Assembly: GCA_021813945.1 (NCBI GenBank) | Contig: JAKAJD010000001.1 | Coordinates: forward strand, 137,744-201,743 | From: a bacterium | Lineage (GTDB): Bacteria; Patescibacteriota; Microgenomatia; Curtissbacterales; GWA2-41-24 | Length of the DNA: 64,000 nt | Direction: 5' to 3' | Shown here: piece after piece, positions 9,916 through 18,450 of the stretch | Layout: every line of letters begins with the position of its first letter | Numbering within the stretch: position 1 is the first letter of the stretch | Notes under the pieces: generated by a model | Databases searched by the model: none | Told to the model about the DNA's origin: nothing | What the model saw: the letters and a program-made list of their open reading frames with translations, nothing else | Program-made: the position numbers and the translations under genes

Positions 9916-11279
9916 TCAGTCTTGAAAAAATTGTCGCCCTTGCAAAACGCCGGGGAATAATATATCCCGGCTCCGACATTTACGGAGGTTTAGCAAACAC
10001 TTACGATTATGGCCCTGTAGGAGTCGAAATTTTAAGAAACATAAAAGACATCTGGTGGAAATTTTTTGTCCAGGGAATCGACAACATTGTAGGTCTTGAT
10101 GCAAGCATCATTTCCCATCAAAAACTTTGGCAGGCTTCCGGACACACGTCGGGTTTTGCTGACGCAATGGTTGATTGTAAAAGTTGTAAATCAAGATTTC
10201 GAGCAGATCACCTAATTGAAAATCAAAAAGAAGATTTAAATGTGGAAGGTCAGCCGGAAGAAAAATTATCAGAACTCATAAAAAAGTTTCATATAAAATG
10301 CCCTAATTGTAAAAAAGAAAATTGGACATCTGTTCGCAAATTCAATTTACTTTTTCCTGTAAATTTGGGAATTGTTGAGGGGGATCAATCATTAGCCTAT
10401 CTACGTGGCGAAACAGCCCAGGGAATTTTTATTAATTTCAAAAACGTTGTCGATTCAACCAGGGTTAAATTACCTTTTGGTATTGCCCAAATTGGAAAAA
10501 GTTTTAGAAACGAAATAACTCTCGGCAATTTTATTTTTAGAACCATTGAGTTTGAACAAGGAGAAATCGAATACTTCTTCGACCCCGGTCAAGACACTTG
10601 GGAAAAAATATTTGAAACCTGGAAAAAAACGATGTGGACTTTTGTTACCAAGCAACTATCAATAGACGAAAAAAAACTAAGGTGGCGAAAGCACTCCGAT
10701 GAAGAAAGGTCGTTTTACAGCACCCGCACCGAGGATCTTGAATACCAATTTCCATTTGGCTTTAAGGAATTGTGGGGTCTAGCCTACAGAACCGATTACG
10801 ATCTTAGGCAACACATGGAAGCGTCCGGTGAAGATTTAACAATCGAAGATCCGGCAGGCGGAAAACGGATAACCCCGCATGTCATTGAACCGGCAGTCGG
10901 AATAAATAGGTTACTCTTGATGGTTCTTTTGGATTCATACTCCGAAGACGGCGAAAGGGTTGTCTTAAAACTCGATCCAAAAATTGCGGCCTACAAAGCA
11001 GCCGTTTTTCCCCTTTTGGCAAATAAACCCGACTTGGTAAAAAAAGCAAGGTCAATCTATGATGCCCTAAAGCAAGACTTAAATGTTGTTTGGGACGATC
11101 GCGGCAATATCGGCAAGCGCTATTTCGCTCAAGACGAAATCGGGACCCCTTTCTGCCTAACAGTTGACTTTCAAACCCTAGAGGACAATACAGTCACCCT
11201 CCGCGACCGCGACAGCGCAAAACAGGAAAGACTAAAAATTCCAGAATTGCAAAATACCCTCAAAGAAAAACTCCGCTGA
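9912..11279 (+). CDS. glyQS: glycine--tRNA ligase (homodimeric GlyQS type)
   Basis: N-terminus LAKRRGIIYPGSDIYGGLANTYDYGPVGVEILRNIK and the class II core are characteristic of alpha2-type GlyRS. Confidence 0.9.
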   Translation: MISLEKIVALAKRRGIIYPGSDIYGGLANTYDYGPVGVEILRNIKDIWWKFFVQGIDNIVGLDASIISHQKLWQASGHTSGFADAMVDCKSCKSRFRADHLIENQKEDLNVEGQPEEKLSELIKKFHIKCPNCKKENWTSVRKFNLLFPVNLGIVEGDQSLAYLRGETAQGIFINFKNVVDSTRVKLPFGIAQIGKSFRNEITLGNFIFRTIEFEQGEIEYFFDPGQDTWEKIFETWKKTMWTFVTKQLSIDEKKLRWRKHSDEERSFYSTRTEDLEYQFPFGFKELWGLAYRTDYDLRQHMEASGEDLTIEDPAGGKRITPHVIEPAVGINRLLLMVLLDSYSEDGERVVLKLDPKIAAYKAAVFPLLANKPDLVKKARSIYDALKQDLNVVWDDRGNIGKRYFAQDEIGTPFCLTVDFQTLEDNTVTLRDRDSAKQERLKIPELQNTLKEKLR

Positions 11280-11348
11280 AATACCAAAATCAGCCATATC
11301 CCTCATTAAGAGTGTAAGCTTGCAAAAGAAAATTCAATGTATTAATAT

Positions 11349-11963
11349 TTGCCAATTATGGTAAGAGGAGAACCTCGAACACAGATTCAGCCAGAAATCA
11401 CGAGCAGAAGTGTTATAGAAGAAACCCAGCTTGCAACGGGGATTAGATTTCACGTCCACACGCTGGATACATTGACTGTCGCCGAAGAGCTAGCATCTCG
11501 TGTTGGAAGACAAGCCTCTTGTGTGGACGTTCTTGCTCAAATTGCCAGATTCGACACAGACCTTCGCCACATTGTTCCAAACGCAGAAATTGGCGAATTA
11601 ATACGGACTCAAATTGCAAAAAAAGGTGAAAAGCCCACCACTAGTGATAGGCGAATTAGCGTAGATTTAGAAAATGCTATCCGGCTGGCGGCCGATATTG
11701 CAGCAGATTTAGCAACTGTTAGACCGATACACCTTCTTGAAGCCCTCACCCAACAGCCCGAGGTCGAAAATGCCTTGAAAGAAAAAGAAGGTGGCCTGCA
11801 GGCGCTAAAAGATGAATTTAAATTACACAAGGCTACGTACAGCATCAAGGCTGCGGCCTATGTTCTCACCATTGGTAATATATCTCGATCAAAACGCCTA
11901 GAATTCTTATCAAAATTTCAGCAAGCAGCAGAAGTACTAAAAGACGACACTGGAAAAAGTTAG
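11349..11963 (+). CDS. hypothetical protein with Clp N-terminal-like repeat
   Basis: 204 aa. Two helical repeats (…LTVAEELASRVG…, …PIHLLEALTQQPE…) resemble Clp_N. No ATPase domain. Confidence 0.35.
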   Translation: MPIMVRGEPRTQIQPEITSRSVIEETQLATGIRFHVHTLDTLTVAEELASRVGRQASCVDVLAQIARFDTDLRHIVPNAEIGELIRTQIAKKGEKPTTSDRRISVDLENAIRLAADIAADLATVRPIHLLEALTQQPEVENALKEKEGGLQALKDEFKLHKATYSIKAAAYVLTIGNISRSKRLEFLSKFQQAAEVLKDDTGKS

Positions 11964-12027
11964 AATAACTCGTCCTAAATTTGACTAAATCGCCTCCAGC
12001 CCTCATACTATAGCAAGGCAAAAACCC

Positions 12028-13596
12028 GTGTTATCAAGCCACAATTTTAACCTCGAAAAACCGCACGACCACTGCGGCCTAGCGGGCGCAGTAGCAAAAG
12101 ACGGCGTAAACGCTTCCAATGTTGTTATAGAAATGGGCAAAGCCCTTCAGCATCGTGGCCAAAATGGCGGTGGGGTTGCCGTCAAAGGAGAAGGTAAGCT
12201 GCTAAAGGTTTTCAAAAAAGCGAAGCCATTCAATGAAATTTTTACTTCGATTGAAGTTGTTGAAGAGAATACACTTCGAGGTGAAATTGCTATAGCCCAT
12301 TTAAGATATCCAACGGAGGGTGCTGGTCGCCAAAATTGTGACGCACAACCTTTTTATGCACAATATAAAGGTTGGGAACTTGCACTAGGCCACAACGGCA
12401 GCATCGTCGACGTCAAAAAGCACAGGGCAAAATTGGAAAAGTTTAAGATCCAAACCGATTCCGATTCAGATTCCGAAATTTTGGCTTGGCTTATTGTAAC
12501 GGCCCCCGGTGCATCGTGGCGCCAGAAAATTTCAAATGCTCTCTCAGACGTCAAAGGTGCCTATTCGCTCGTCATGGTCACAGGTGACGACAAACTCCTG
12601 GCGCTTCGCGACCCATGGGGAATACGACCGCTTGTCTGGAGTCAGGACAATGGCCATATCTTCGTGGCATCCGAAACTTGCGCCCTCGACAGAATCAGTA
12701 TCCGTCACAGCAAGAGGCTTGAAAACGGTAAGCTTCTTGTGGCAGATAAAAATGGTGTATCGGTTACCGATTATGCAAAGCCACAAAAAAGAAGCTTTTG
12801 CATTTTTGAAAAGCTTTATTTTTCTCACGAAACGTCAACGTGGGATGGTGTAATCGGTCAAAACAGGGAAAGCCTGGGACAACAACTTGGCCTGGAAGAA
12901 GCAGCTCGAATAAAAAGCGAAAAAACTCAAAAAGATACATTTAAAAATGTCGATTACGTTGTTGCCGTTCCGGATACTGCCAGACCAGGAGCCTTTGCTT
13001 TTTTTGAAACTCTGGAGAGGGAGCTAGGGTTCCAAAATACGAAACTTGAATATTTTCGTGGGCTTGTCAAGGAAAGGTACGATTACGCCAAAAGGACATT
13101 TATAGAAGACGACCCCTATCTCAGAAAAAGGCATATCGAAAAAAAGTTTTTCGTTTCCCCGGCAATTATTGGCAAATCGATTTATCTAATAGACGACACG
13201 GCAGTTCGCCTCAACACGTTTAGGATTCTAGTCGAACACTTGCAAAATATAGGTGTTGCGGAAATCCACTGCCGATTTTTGGCCCCAAAGTTTTTAAACC
13301 CATGTTTTCTAGGAGTCAATATCGGCTCTCGAGACGAACTGGGTGCGGTGAAAAAGGCAAAAGATGGCACTTACAGTGAAAAGACTGAAGAAGAAATAAG
13401 GCGTGAGCTGAAAGTTGCCTCTTTGCATTACTTATCTTTTGATGGACTGGCACGATCACTGAATCTTTCAACTCGCGAGATGGAGAGTACTCACTGCACT
13501 GGCTGCTTAAGCTACAACAACCCATTTGATATGCGCCCCTACGACCCCGAATATCCTAAAGTTACATATCTTAAAGCCAAAAAGGTGTTATCATAA
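12028..13596 (+). CDS. amidophosphoribosyltransferase-like protein (class II glutamine amidotransferase + PRTase)
   Basis: The Ntn nucleophile context HCGLAG lies after a short propeptide. PRTase motif VVAVPDTARPGAFAF. A C-terminal Cys cluster is present. Confidence 0.7.
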   Translation: MLSSHNFNLEKPHDHCGLAGAVAKDGVNASNVVIEMGKALQHRGQNGGGVAVKGEGKLLKVFKKAKPFNEIFTSIEVVEENTLRGEIAIAHLRYPTEGAGRQNCDAQPFYAQYKGWELALGHNGSIVDVKKHRAKLEKFKIQTDSDSDSEILAWLIVTAPGASWRQKISNALSDVKGAYSLVMVTGDDKLLALRDPWGIRPLVWSQDNGHIFVASETCALDRISIRHSKRLENGKLLVADKNGVSVTDYAKPQKRSFCIFEKLYFSHETSTWDGVIGQNRESLGQQLGLEEAARIKSEKTQKDTFKNVDYVVAVPDTARPGAFAFFETLERELGFQNTKLEYFRGLVKERYDYAKRTFIEDDPYLRKRHIEKKFFVSPAIIGKSIYLIDDTAVRLNTFRILVEHLQNIGVAEIHCRFLAPKFLNPCFLGVNIGSRDELGAVKKAKDGTYSEKTEEEIRRELKVASLHYLSFDGLARSLNLSTREMESTHCTGCLSYNNPFDMRPYDPEYPKVTYLKAKKVLS

Positions 13597-13705
13597 ATTT
13601 AGTATGAAGTTTCAAAAAGAAGTCCTAGCACTTATCGCAGCAGTTCTTGCAACAGTTATAATCGTCGTTTTCATCATCTTCCAGATCACTCTTTAAATCT
13701 CTGCA

Positions 13706-13817
13706 GAAGGTCAGGCCCAAAGCTTAAGGGCAGGCCTTTGTGCAGCAATAATCTTAGGTTACGGCCTGTGCCCTTACCCGGCCAAGAACAAATTTGAGCG
13801 TCTTTTACCTCTTGACA
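13706..13817 (+). repeat. GC-rich hairpin intergenic element (copy A) upstream of mraZ
   Basis: GAAGGTCAGGCC (13706-17), inverted repeat TAAGGGCAGGCC (13725-36) / GGCCTGtGCCCTTA (13763-76), then CTTTTACCTCTTGACA (13803-17). Homologous to 59398-59550. Confidence 0.6.
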
Positions 13818-13826
13818 ACCTTCATT

Positions 13827-13866
13827 AAATGGTGAAAAATGGTAATAGATGGTGATAAATGGTGAA
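13827..13866 (+). promoter_or_regulatory. four tandem 10-bp direct repeats (AAATGGTGAA / AAATGGTAAT / AGATGGTGAT / AAATGGTGAA); candidate MraZ operator overlapping the dcw promoter
   Basis: Exact 10-bp periodicity, about 110 bp upstream of the mraZ start. A TTGACA -35-like hexamer lies at 13812-13817. MraZ is known to bind tandem direct repeats with 10-bp spacing in its own promoter. Confidence 0.5.
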
Positions 13867-13973
13867 ACTCACTATCACCATCATAACTCCTAGCTAAGCT
13901 GCCCGGAGTTAATTTCCCCAAAGGGAAGAGGTTGTAAGGGTCCCTCCTACACTATGTTTCGGAGGGTAAAAAG

Positions 13974-14366
13974 ATGTTTCTGGGCAGCTACATACCTTCA
14001 TTCGATAAGCATTCAAGAAGGATTGCTTTACCAAAAAAAATACGTGACTATCTTGCGACAAGTGAAGTTATTCTGTCTTTCGGCTTCGAAAAATGCCTTT
14101 TTGGCTTTGACACCAAAACTTGGCAAAAGGAATCCGAAAAACAGCTTGCTTTGCCTCTTACCGAAAGACGTTCACGCAATATACGCCGTTTCATTTTCGC
14201 CAATGCAACCGTTATCAAGCTCGATGATCAAGGCCGGTTTGTTATTCCTGGCAATTACCTGGAATACGCACAGATTGCAAAGCCAGTAGTAGTCGGTGCC
14301 GGTGATCATTTTGAAATTTGGGAAGAAGCAAACTGGGGTGAAGAGTTAAAAAAACTGGAGGCTTAA
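13974..14366 (+). CDS. mraZ: transcriptional regulator MraZ
   Basis: MFLGSYIPSFDKHSRRIALPKKIRDYL followed by a second duplicated half-domain. SD GGAGGG lies 8 nt upstream. Confidence 0.9.
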   Translation: MFLGSYIPSFDKHSRRIALPKKIRDYLATSEVILSFGFEKCLFGFDTKTWQKESEKQLALPLTERRSRNIRRFIFANATVIKLDDQGRFVIPGNYLEYAQIAKPVVVGAGDHFEIWEEANWGEELKKLEA

Positions 14367-14370
14367 AAAG

Positions 14371-15234
14371 GTGAAAAATTTTCACCAAAGCGTACTTTTA
14401 AAAGAAGCGGTAGACGGTCTTAACGTAAAACAGGATCGCCTTTATATAGATGCAACGGCAGGAGGAGGAGGTCACACAGAAGAAATTTTAAAAAGAGGCG
14501 GGAAGGTACTGGCAATAGATAGGGATTCGGAAGCAATTGATTATCTTAGGGAAAAGCGGCTGGAAAATTTAACTTTAGTAAATGATAATTTTTCGCACAT
14601 TAAAAGCATTGCAGTAAAGTTTGGGTTCGAAAAAGTTGAAGGAATAATCTTTGACTTAGGTGTTTCATCGCACCAGCTCGATGAAGCAAAAAGGGGCTTC
14701 AGTTTTCAAAAGGAAGGCCCATTGGATATGAGGATGGATCCGGCTTTACCAATTACAGCTTCAGATCTTGTAAATAATTTCGAAAAAAGGAGGATTCATG
14801 AAATTATTAAAGATTTTGGGCAAGAAAAACTTAGTTGGCCAATTGCTGACGCTATTTCTAGCGCCCGTCAATTAAAAAGGATTAACTCAACTAGTGAACT
14901 TGCTCAAATAGTAAGTGAGGTGTATCGAAAATACCGCCGAAAGTCTAAGTTGCATCCGGCAACAAAAACTTTTCAGGCATTACGAATAGTTGTAAACAGC
15001 GAACTGCTGAACTTAGAGGAGGCTTTACCGCAGACTGTCGAAATACTTAAGAAAGGAGGCCGGTTGGTAGTTATTAGTTTTCATTCACTTGAAGATGCAC
15101 AAGTCAAACGATTCTTCAAGCAAGCTGCCCGCTTGAAAACTGTAAACAAAACCCCAATCGGCCCGGGGGCCGGGGAAATTCAAAAAAACCCACGGTCCCG
15201 CAGCGCAAAACTCCGCATTGCGGAGAAAATCTAA
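14371..15234 (+). CDS. rsmH: 16S rRNA (cytosine1402-N4)-methyltransferase RsmH
   Basis: HQSVLLKEAVDGL...YIDATAGGGGH...DLGVSSHQLD motifs. Confidence 0.9.
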   Translation: MKNFHQSVLLKEAVDGLNVKQDRLYIDATAGGGGHTEEILKRGGKVLAIDRDSEAIDYLREKRLENLTLVNDNFSHIKSIAVKFGFEKVEGIIFDLGVSSHQLDEAKRGFSFQKEGPLDMRMDPALPITASDLVNNFEKRRIHEIIKDFGQEKLSWPIADAISSARQLKRINSTSELAQIVSEVYRKYRRKSKLHPATKTFQALRIVVNSELLNLEEALPQTVEILKKGGRLVVISFHSLEDAQVKRFFKQAARLKTVNKTPIGPGAGEIQKNPRSRSAKLRIAEKI

Positions 15235-15270
15235 TATACCCGAAAGGGATAGGGAAAAAGCAAAAAAATC

Positions 15271-15579
15271 ATGCCCAACGATTTCAGAGTTGCCAAAAAG
15301 CAACCCAGTTACAATTTAATAGGAAAAATAAGAGTTCGCGTCTTGGTTGTTTTAACAGTCTTGGTTTGCAGCCTCTTTTTTGCTCAATTGGTTTTTGCTA
15401 ATAACCTTGCAACAGATGGACAAAAACTAGGTCAAATCCAAGCGCAAATAGCCAATCTAAAAGATCAGAATATGACGCTTAGAGTTCAAATAGCCCAAAC
15501 GTCTTCTTTCCAGACGCTTGCAAAAAAGGCTGCCGAAATGGGCTTTGTAAACCCTAAAGATCCAATTATCCTCAAGTAG
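15271..15579 (+). CDS. ftsL: cell division protein FtsL-like (single TM + coiled coil)
   Basis: 102 aa, one TM helix, leucine-zipper-like periplasmic part. Position between rsmH and ftsI matches ftsL synteny. Confidence 0.6.
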   Translation: MPNDFRVAKKQPSYNLIGKIRVRVLVVLTVLVCSLFFAQLVFANNLATDGQKLGQIQAQIANLKDQNMTLRVQIAQTSSFQTLAKKAAEMGFVNPKDPIILK

Positions 15580-15606
15580 GTTTTATTTTGTTAAACTAAT
15601 ATACTA

Positions 15607-17352
15607 GTGGATAGAATCAAGGTTTTCCAAATTGTAGCTTATGTAGTTGCGGCCATAATAATTACCCGCCTCTTCTATTGGCAATTTCTAGCAAAAGTAG
15701 AAACCAATGCTTCCAGCATTGCCGACGAGAGCAAAATTCCTGCATCACGTGGCGAAATATTTGCTTCCGATGGTTTCCCTCTTGTTGCCAACCAAGAAGC
15801 GTTTCTTCTTTACGGCCAGCCGAACTCATTAAACACTAATCCTCAAACTGCGGCCCAACAACTAGCGCCATTTTTAATCTCAGAAAAGTACTCAACTTCA
15901 TCAGCCCAGCTTAGCGATGATGAGAAAAAGTTAAAAGATCAAGAGATAAAAAACGAAGAGCAAGACTTGGCTAACAAGCTCTCCGACAAAAAACTTTTTT
16001 GGGTTCAGCTAGCCCGCAAAATCCCATTAGAAGTAAAAACAAAAATAGACAGCCTTTCCATAAAAGGGCTTGACTTTGAACACGACACAAAAAGATTTTA
16101 TCCAGAAGCCTCAATGGCTGCACAACTTTTGGGTTTTGTTGGTTCGAATAAGTTTGGTGATGACACCGGCTATTTTGGCCTGGAAGGTTATTACGACAGC
16201 CAGCTTAAAGGCCAAGATGGCAGGTTGGGTGAAGAAAAAGATCCTTTGGGTTTTCCAATCCTCGTAGGAAGCTACCATTCAATTCCTCCAAAGGAAGGGG
16301 ATTCCTTATATTTGACGATTGATCGCTCTATTCAATATATTGTTGAAAAGAGGCTTCGAGAAGACGTTCAGAAATATGGTGCTAAGGATGGAACAGTTAT
16401 TGTATCCGATCCAAAAACTGGGCACATTTTAGCTATGTCGACATATCCCAACTTTAATCCCAGCTTATTTTCGGAATATAGCGAGTCGGATTTTAAAAAT
16501 CCTGCAGTATCCGATGCTTACGAACCCGGAAGCACTTTCAAATTGATTGCTATGTCGGCTGCTTTAGATTTATCACTTCTTGACCCTAACACCCGCTGCG
16601 ACGTCTGCTCTGGCCCCAGAACTATAGGAGATTACCAGATCGAGACTTGGAATAAACAGTATTTTCCAAATTCAACAATGACAGAGGTCATACAACATTC
16701 CGACAACGTTGGTATGACTTTTGTTGCGGATAAACTCGGCATAGATAGATTTTCGGATTATATTAGAAAATTTGGCTTTGGTGCAAAAACCGGAATGGAT
16801 GTGCAAGGGGAAATACCTGGGTTAATAAGATCAAAGGACGAGTGGCGGCCAATAGACCTTGCAACAGCTTCGTTTGGGCAGGGGCTGGCAGTTACCCCAA
16901 TTCAAATGGTTCAAGCTGCCCAGGCAATAGCCAATGGCGGCAAGCTGATTGCCCCAAGAGTCGTTTCTAAAATCGTGGAAAACGGTCGTGAAATTACAGT
17001 GGGCTCTCCATCCGAACAGCAAGTAATATCTCAAAAGACTTCAGCGCTCATGACAGAGATGATGGTAAATGCTGTTGAAAAGGGAGAAGCTCACGCCTTT
17101 GCACCAAAAGGCTACAGCATTGCCGGTAAAACGGGTACGGCACAAATTCCTGTTGCCGGCCATTACGATCCTACCAAAACTATTGCAAGCTTCATCGGAT
17201 TTGCCCCTGCCGAAAATCCCAAATTTGTAATGCTTGTCCGTTTCACCGAGCCTTCGTCATCAATCTTCGGCGCTGAGACAGCGGCCCCAACATTCTTTGG
17301 AATTGCTAAGGATATATTCAACTATCTTTCCATCTCGCCTAATTCAAATTAA
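15607..17352 (+). CDS. ftsI: penicillin-binding protein 2 / FtsI-type transpeptidase
   Basis: N-terminal anchor and dimerisation domain. Transpeptidase motifs STFK (…PGSTFKL…), SDN-like and KTGT (GKTGTAQ). Confidence 0.9.
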   Translation: MDRIKVFQIVAYVVAAIIITRLFYWQFLAKVETNASSIADESKIPASRGEIFASDGFPLVANQEAFLLYGQPNSLNTNPQTAAQQLAPFLISEKYSTSSAQLSDDEKKLKDQEIKNEEQDLANKLSDKKLFWVQLARKIPLEVKTKIDSLSIKGLDFEHDTKRFYPEASMAAQLLGFVGSNKFGDDTGYFGLEGYYDSQLKGQDGRLGEEKDPLGFPILVGSYHSIPPKEGDSLYLTIDRSIQYIVEKRLREDVQKYGAKDGTVIVSDPKTGHILAMSTYPNFNPSLFSEYSESDFKNPAVSDAYEPGSTFKLIAMSAALDLSLLDPNTRCDVCSGPRTIGDYQIETWNKQYFPNSTMTEVIQHSDNVGMTFVADKLGIDRFSDYIRKFGFGAKTGMDVQGEIPGLIRSKDEWRPIDLATASFGQGLAVTPIQMVQAAQAIANGGKLIAPRVVSKIVENGREITVGSPSEQQVISQKTSALMTEMMVNAVEKGEAHAFAPKGYSIAGKTGTAQIPVAGHYDPTKTIASFIGFAPAENPKFVMLVRFTEPSSSIFGAETAAPTFFGIAKDIFNYLSISPNSN

Positions 17353-17371
17353 AGTGCTAATATGAAAGCGT

Positions 17372-17641
17372 ATGGATGCCTTCCTAAAAGACTACATCCT
17401 TAGCTTCGACAAGAGTCAACCTATCGTAAGTTCCATCATCCTCTTTGTTTTAGTTACCTGGTCTTTTGTATGGAAAGGTCTAGCGCTTTGGCACTCTGCA
17501 AAAAATGAAGACAAATATTGGTTCATTGCGATTTTAATATTGAACACAATCGGTCTTTTGGAAATAGTTTATTTGTTTTTATTTTCCAAAAAAAGGTGGA
17601 CAATTGGTAAAGTTAAAAAATATATAGAAAGTTACATTTAA
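17372..17641 (+). CDS. small hypothetical membrane protein (2 TM)
   Basis: 89-aa ORF immediately after ftsI. A 10-bp perfect inverted repeat follows at 17645-17680. Confidence 0.45.
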   Translation: MDAFLKDYILSFDKSQPIVSSIILFVLVTWSFVWKGLALWHSAKNEDKYWFIAILILNTIGLLEIVYLFLFSKKRWTIGKVKKYIESYI

Positions 17642-17765
17642 GCCATATTTGGCACTTGTGGGGTTTGTACTGCCAAATATTCGCATTGTTCGTTTACGCT
17701 ATTCCAGAGCCCTATTTTGATACATTTGAGTCACTATTTTCGAAATAGTATTGATGGGTTATTTT

Positions 17766-18362
17766 TTAAGCAGCAGCAGCTCTTTCTTTGATAACTCTTA
17801 TATCCCTCGCACAGATTACCAGTTGTCTCGCTATAAGGTTCGCCTTTTCAGTTGTGCCAAATTCTGGTGTTCTCGGCCTAAAAAAGTTTCGTTTAACCTC
17901 GCCTGACAACCTAGCTAAGGCTACTGAGATATCATCGACAAGATCGCAAGCAGCATCTTGTCCTATTTGTCCCGCAAAAGCTTCCTCCATACTAATGATG
18001 AGCCTGCGTGTATCGTTTTTTTCCTTCCACTTGATCTCAGAATATGCCTGGCGCTCAGGATGTTTTCTAGGAAGATGAATTACTGAAGGTTTATCATCAG
18101 CCGCAAGTCTTCCCACCAGATAATGTCTTAAAAGAAGCAATTCCTGTGCTGTTAAAGTGTCAAGAATAATTCGGTTTGCAGGGCTATCTATGATTAACGA
18201 GGCAAAAGCTCCGTATCCACGATCCTCCCAAAATTTTAGTGCAGCCCCGGAAAGATCCGTACGTGTTTCTCTATATTTTCCTAAATCCGGATTTCTGGGC
18301 AAATCGCGCTTGCCCAGCCCAGCATTTTCCAATTGAGCTTGAAAATGCATCTCCCTCAGCAT
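17766..18362 (-). CDS. hypothetical protein, opposite-strand insertion inside the dcw cluster
   Basis: 198-aa ORF and the only minus-strand gene between mraZ and ftsZ. No recognisable domain. Convergent with the small ORF before it. Confidence 0.55.
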   Translation of the reverse strand: MLREMHFQAQLENAGLGKRDLPRNPDLGKYRETRTDLSGAALKFWEDRGYGAFASLIIDSPANRIILDTLTAQELLLLRHYLVGRLAADDKPSVIHLPRKHPERQAYSEIKWKEKNDTRRLIISMEEAFAGQIGQDAACDLVDDISVALARLSGEVKRNFFRPRTPEFGTTEKANLIARQLVICARDIRVIKERAAAA

Positions 18363-18450
18363 ACCTGGGTGATTTTAACCCAAATTGAGCAAAATTTCAA
18401 TCCTATAGGTTTGAAATTGACTGAATTTGATGATAAAATAACATAATCTT

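Noticed and set aside
17645-17727. Inverted repeat ATATTTGGCA-N16-TGCCAAATAT and palindrome ACTATTTtcgAAATAGT as intrinsic terminators
   Set aside because: Both form good stems, but neither is followed by a convincing U-tract on either strand. They are noted in the dcw-insertion finding rather than called as terminator features.
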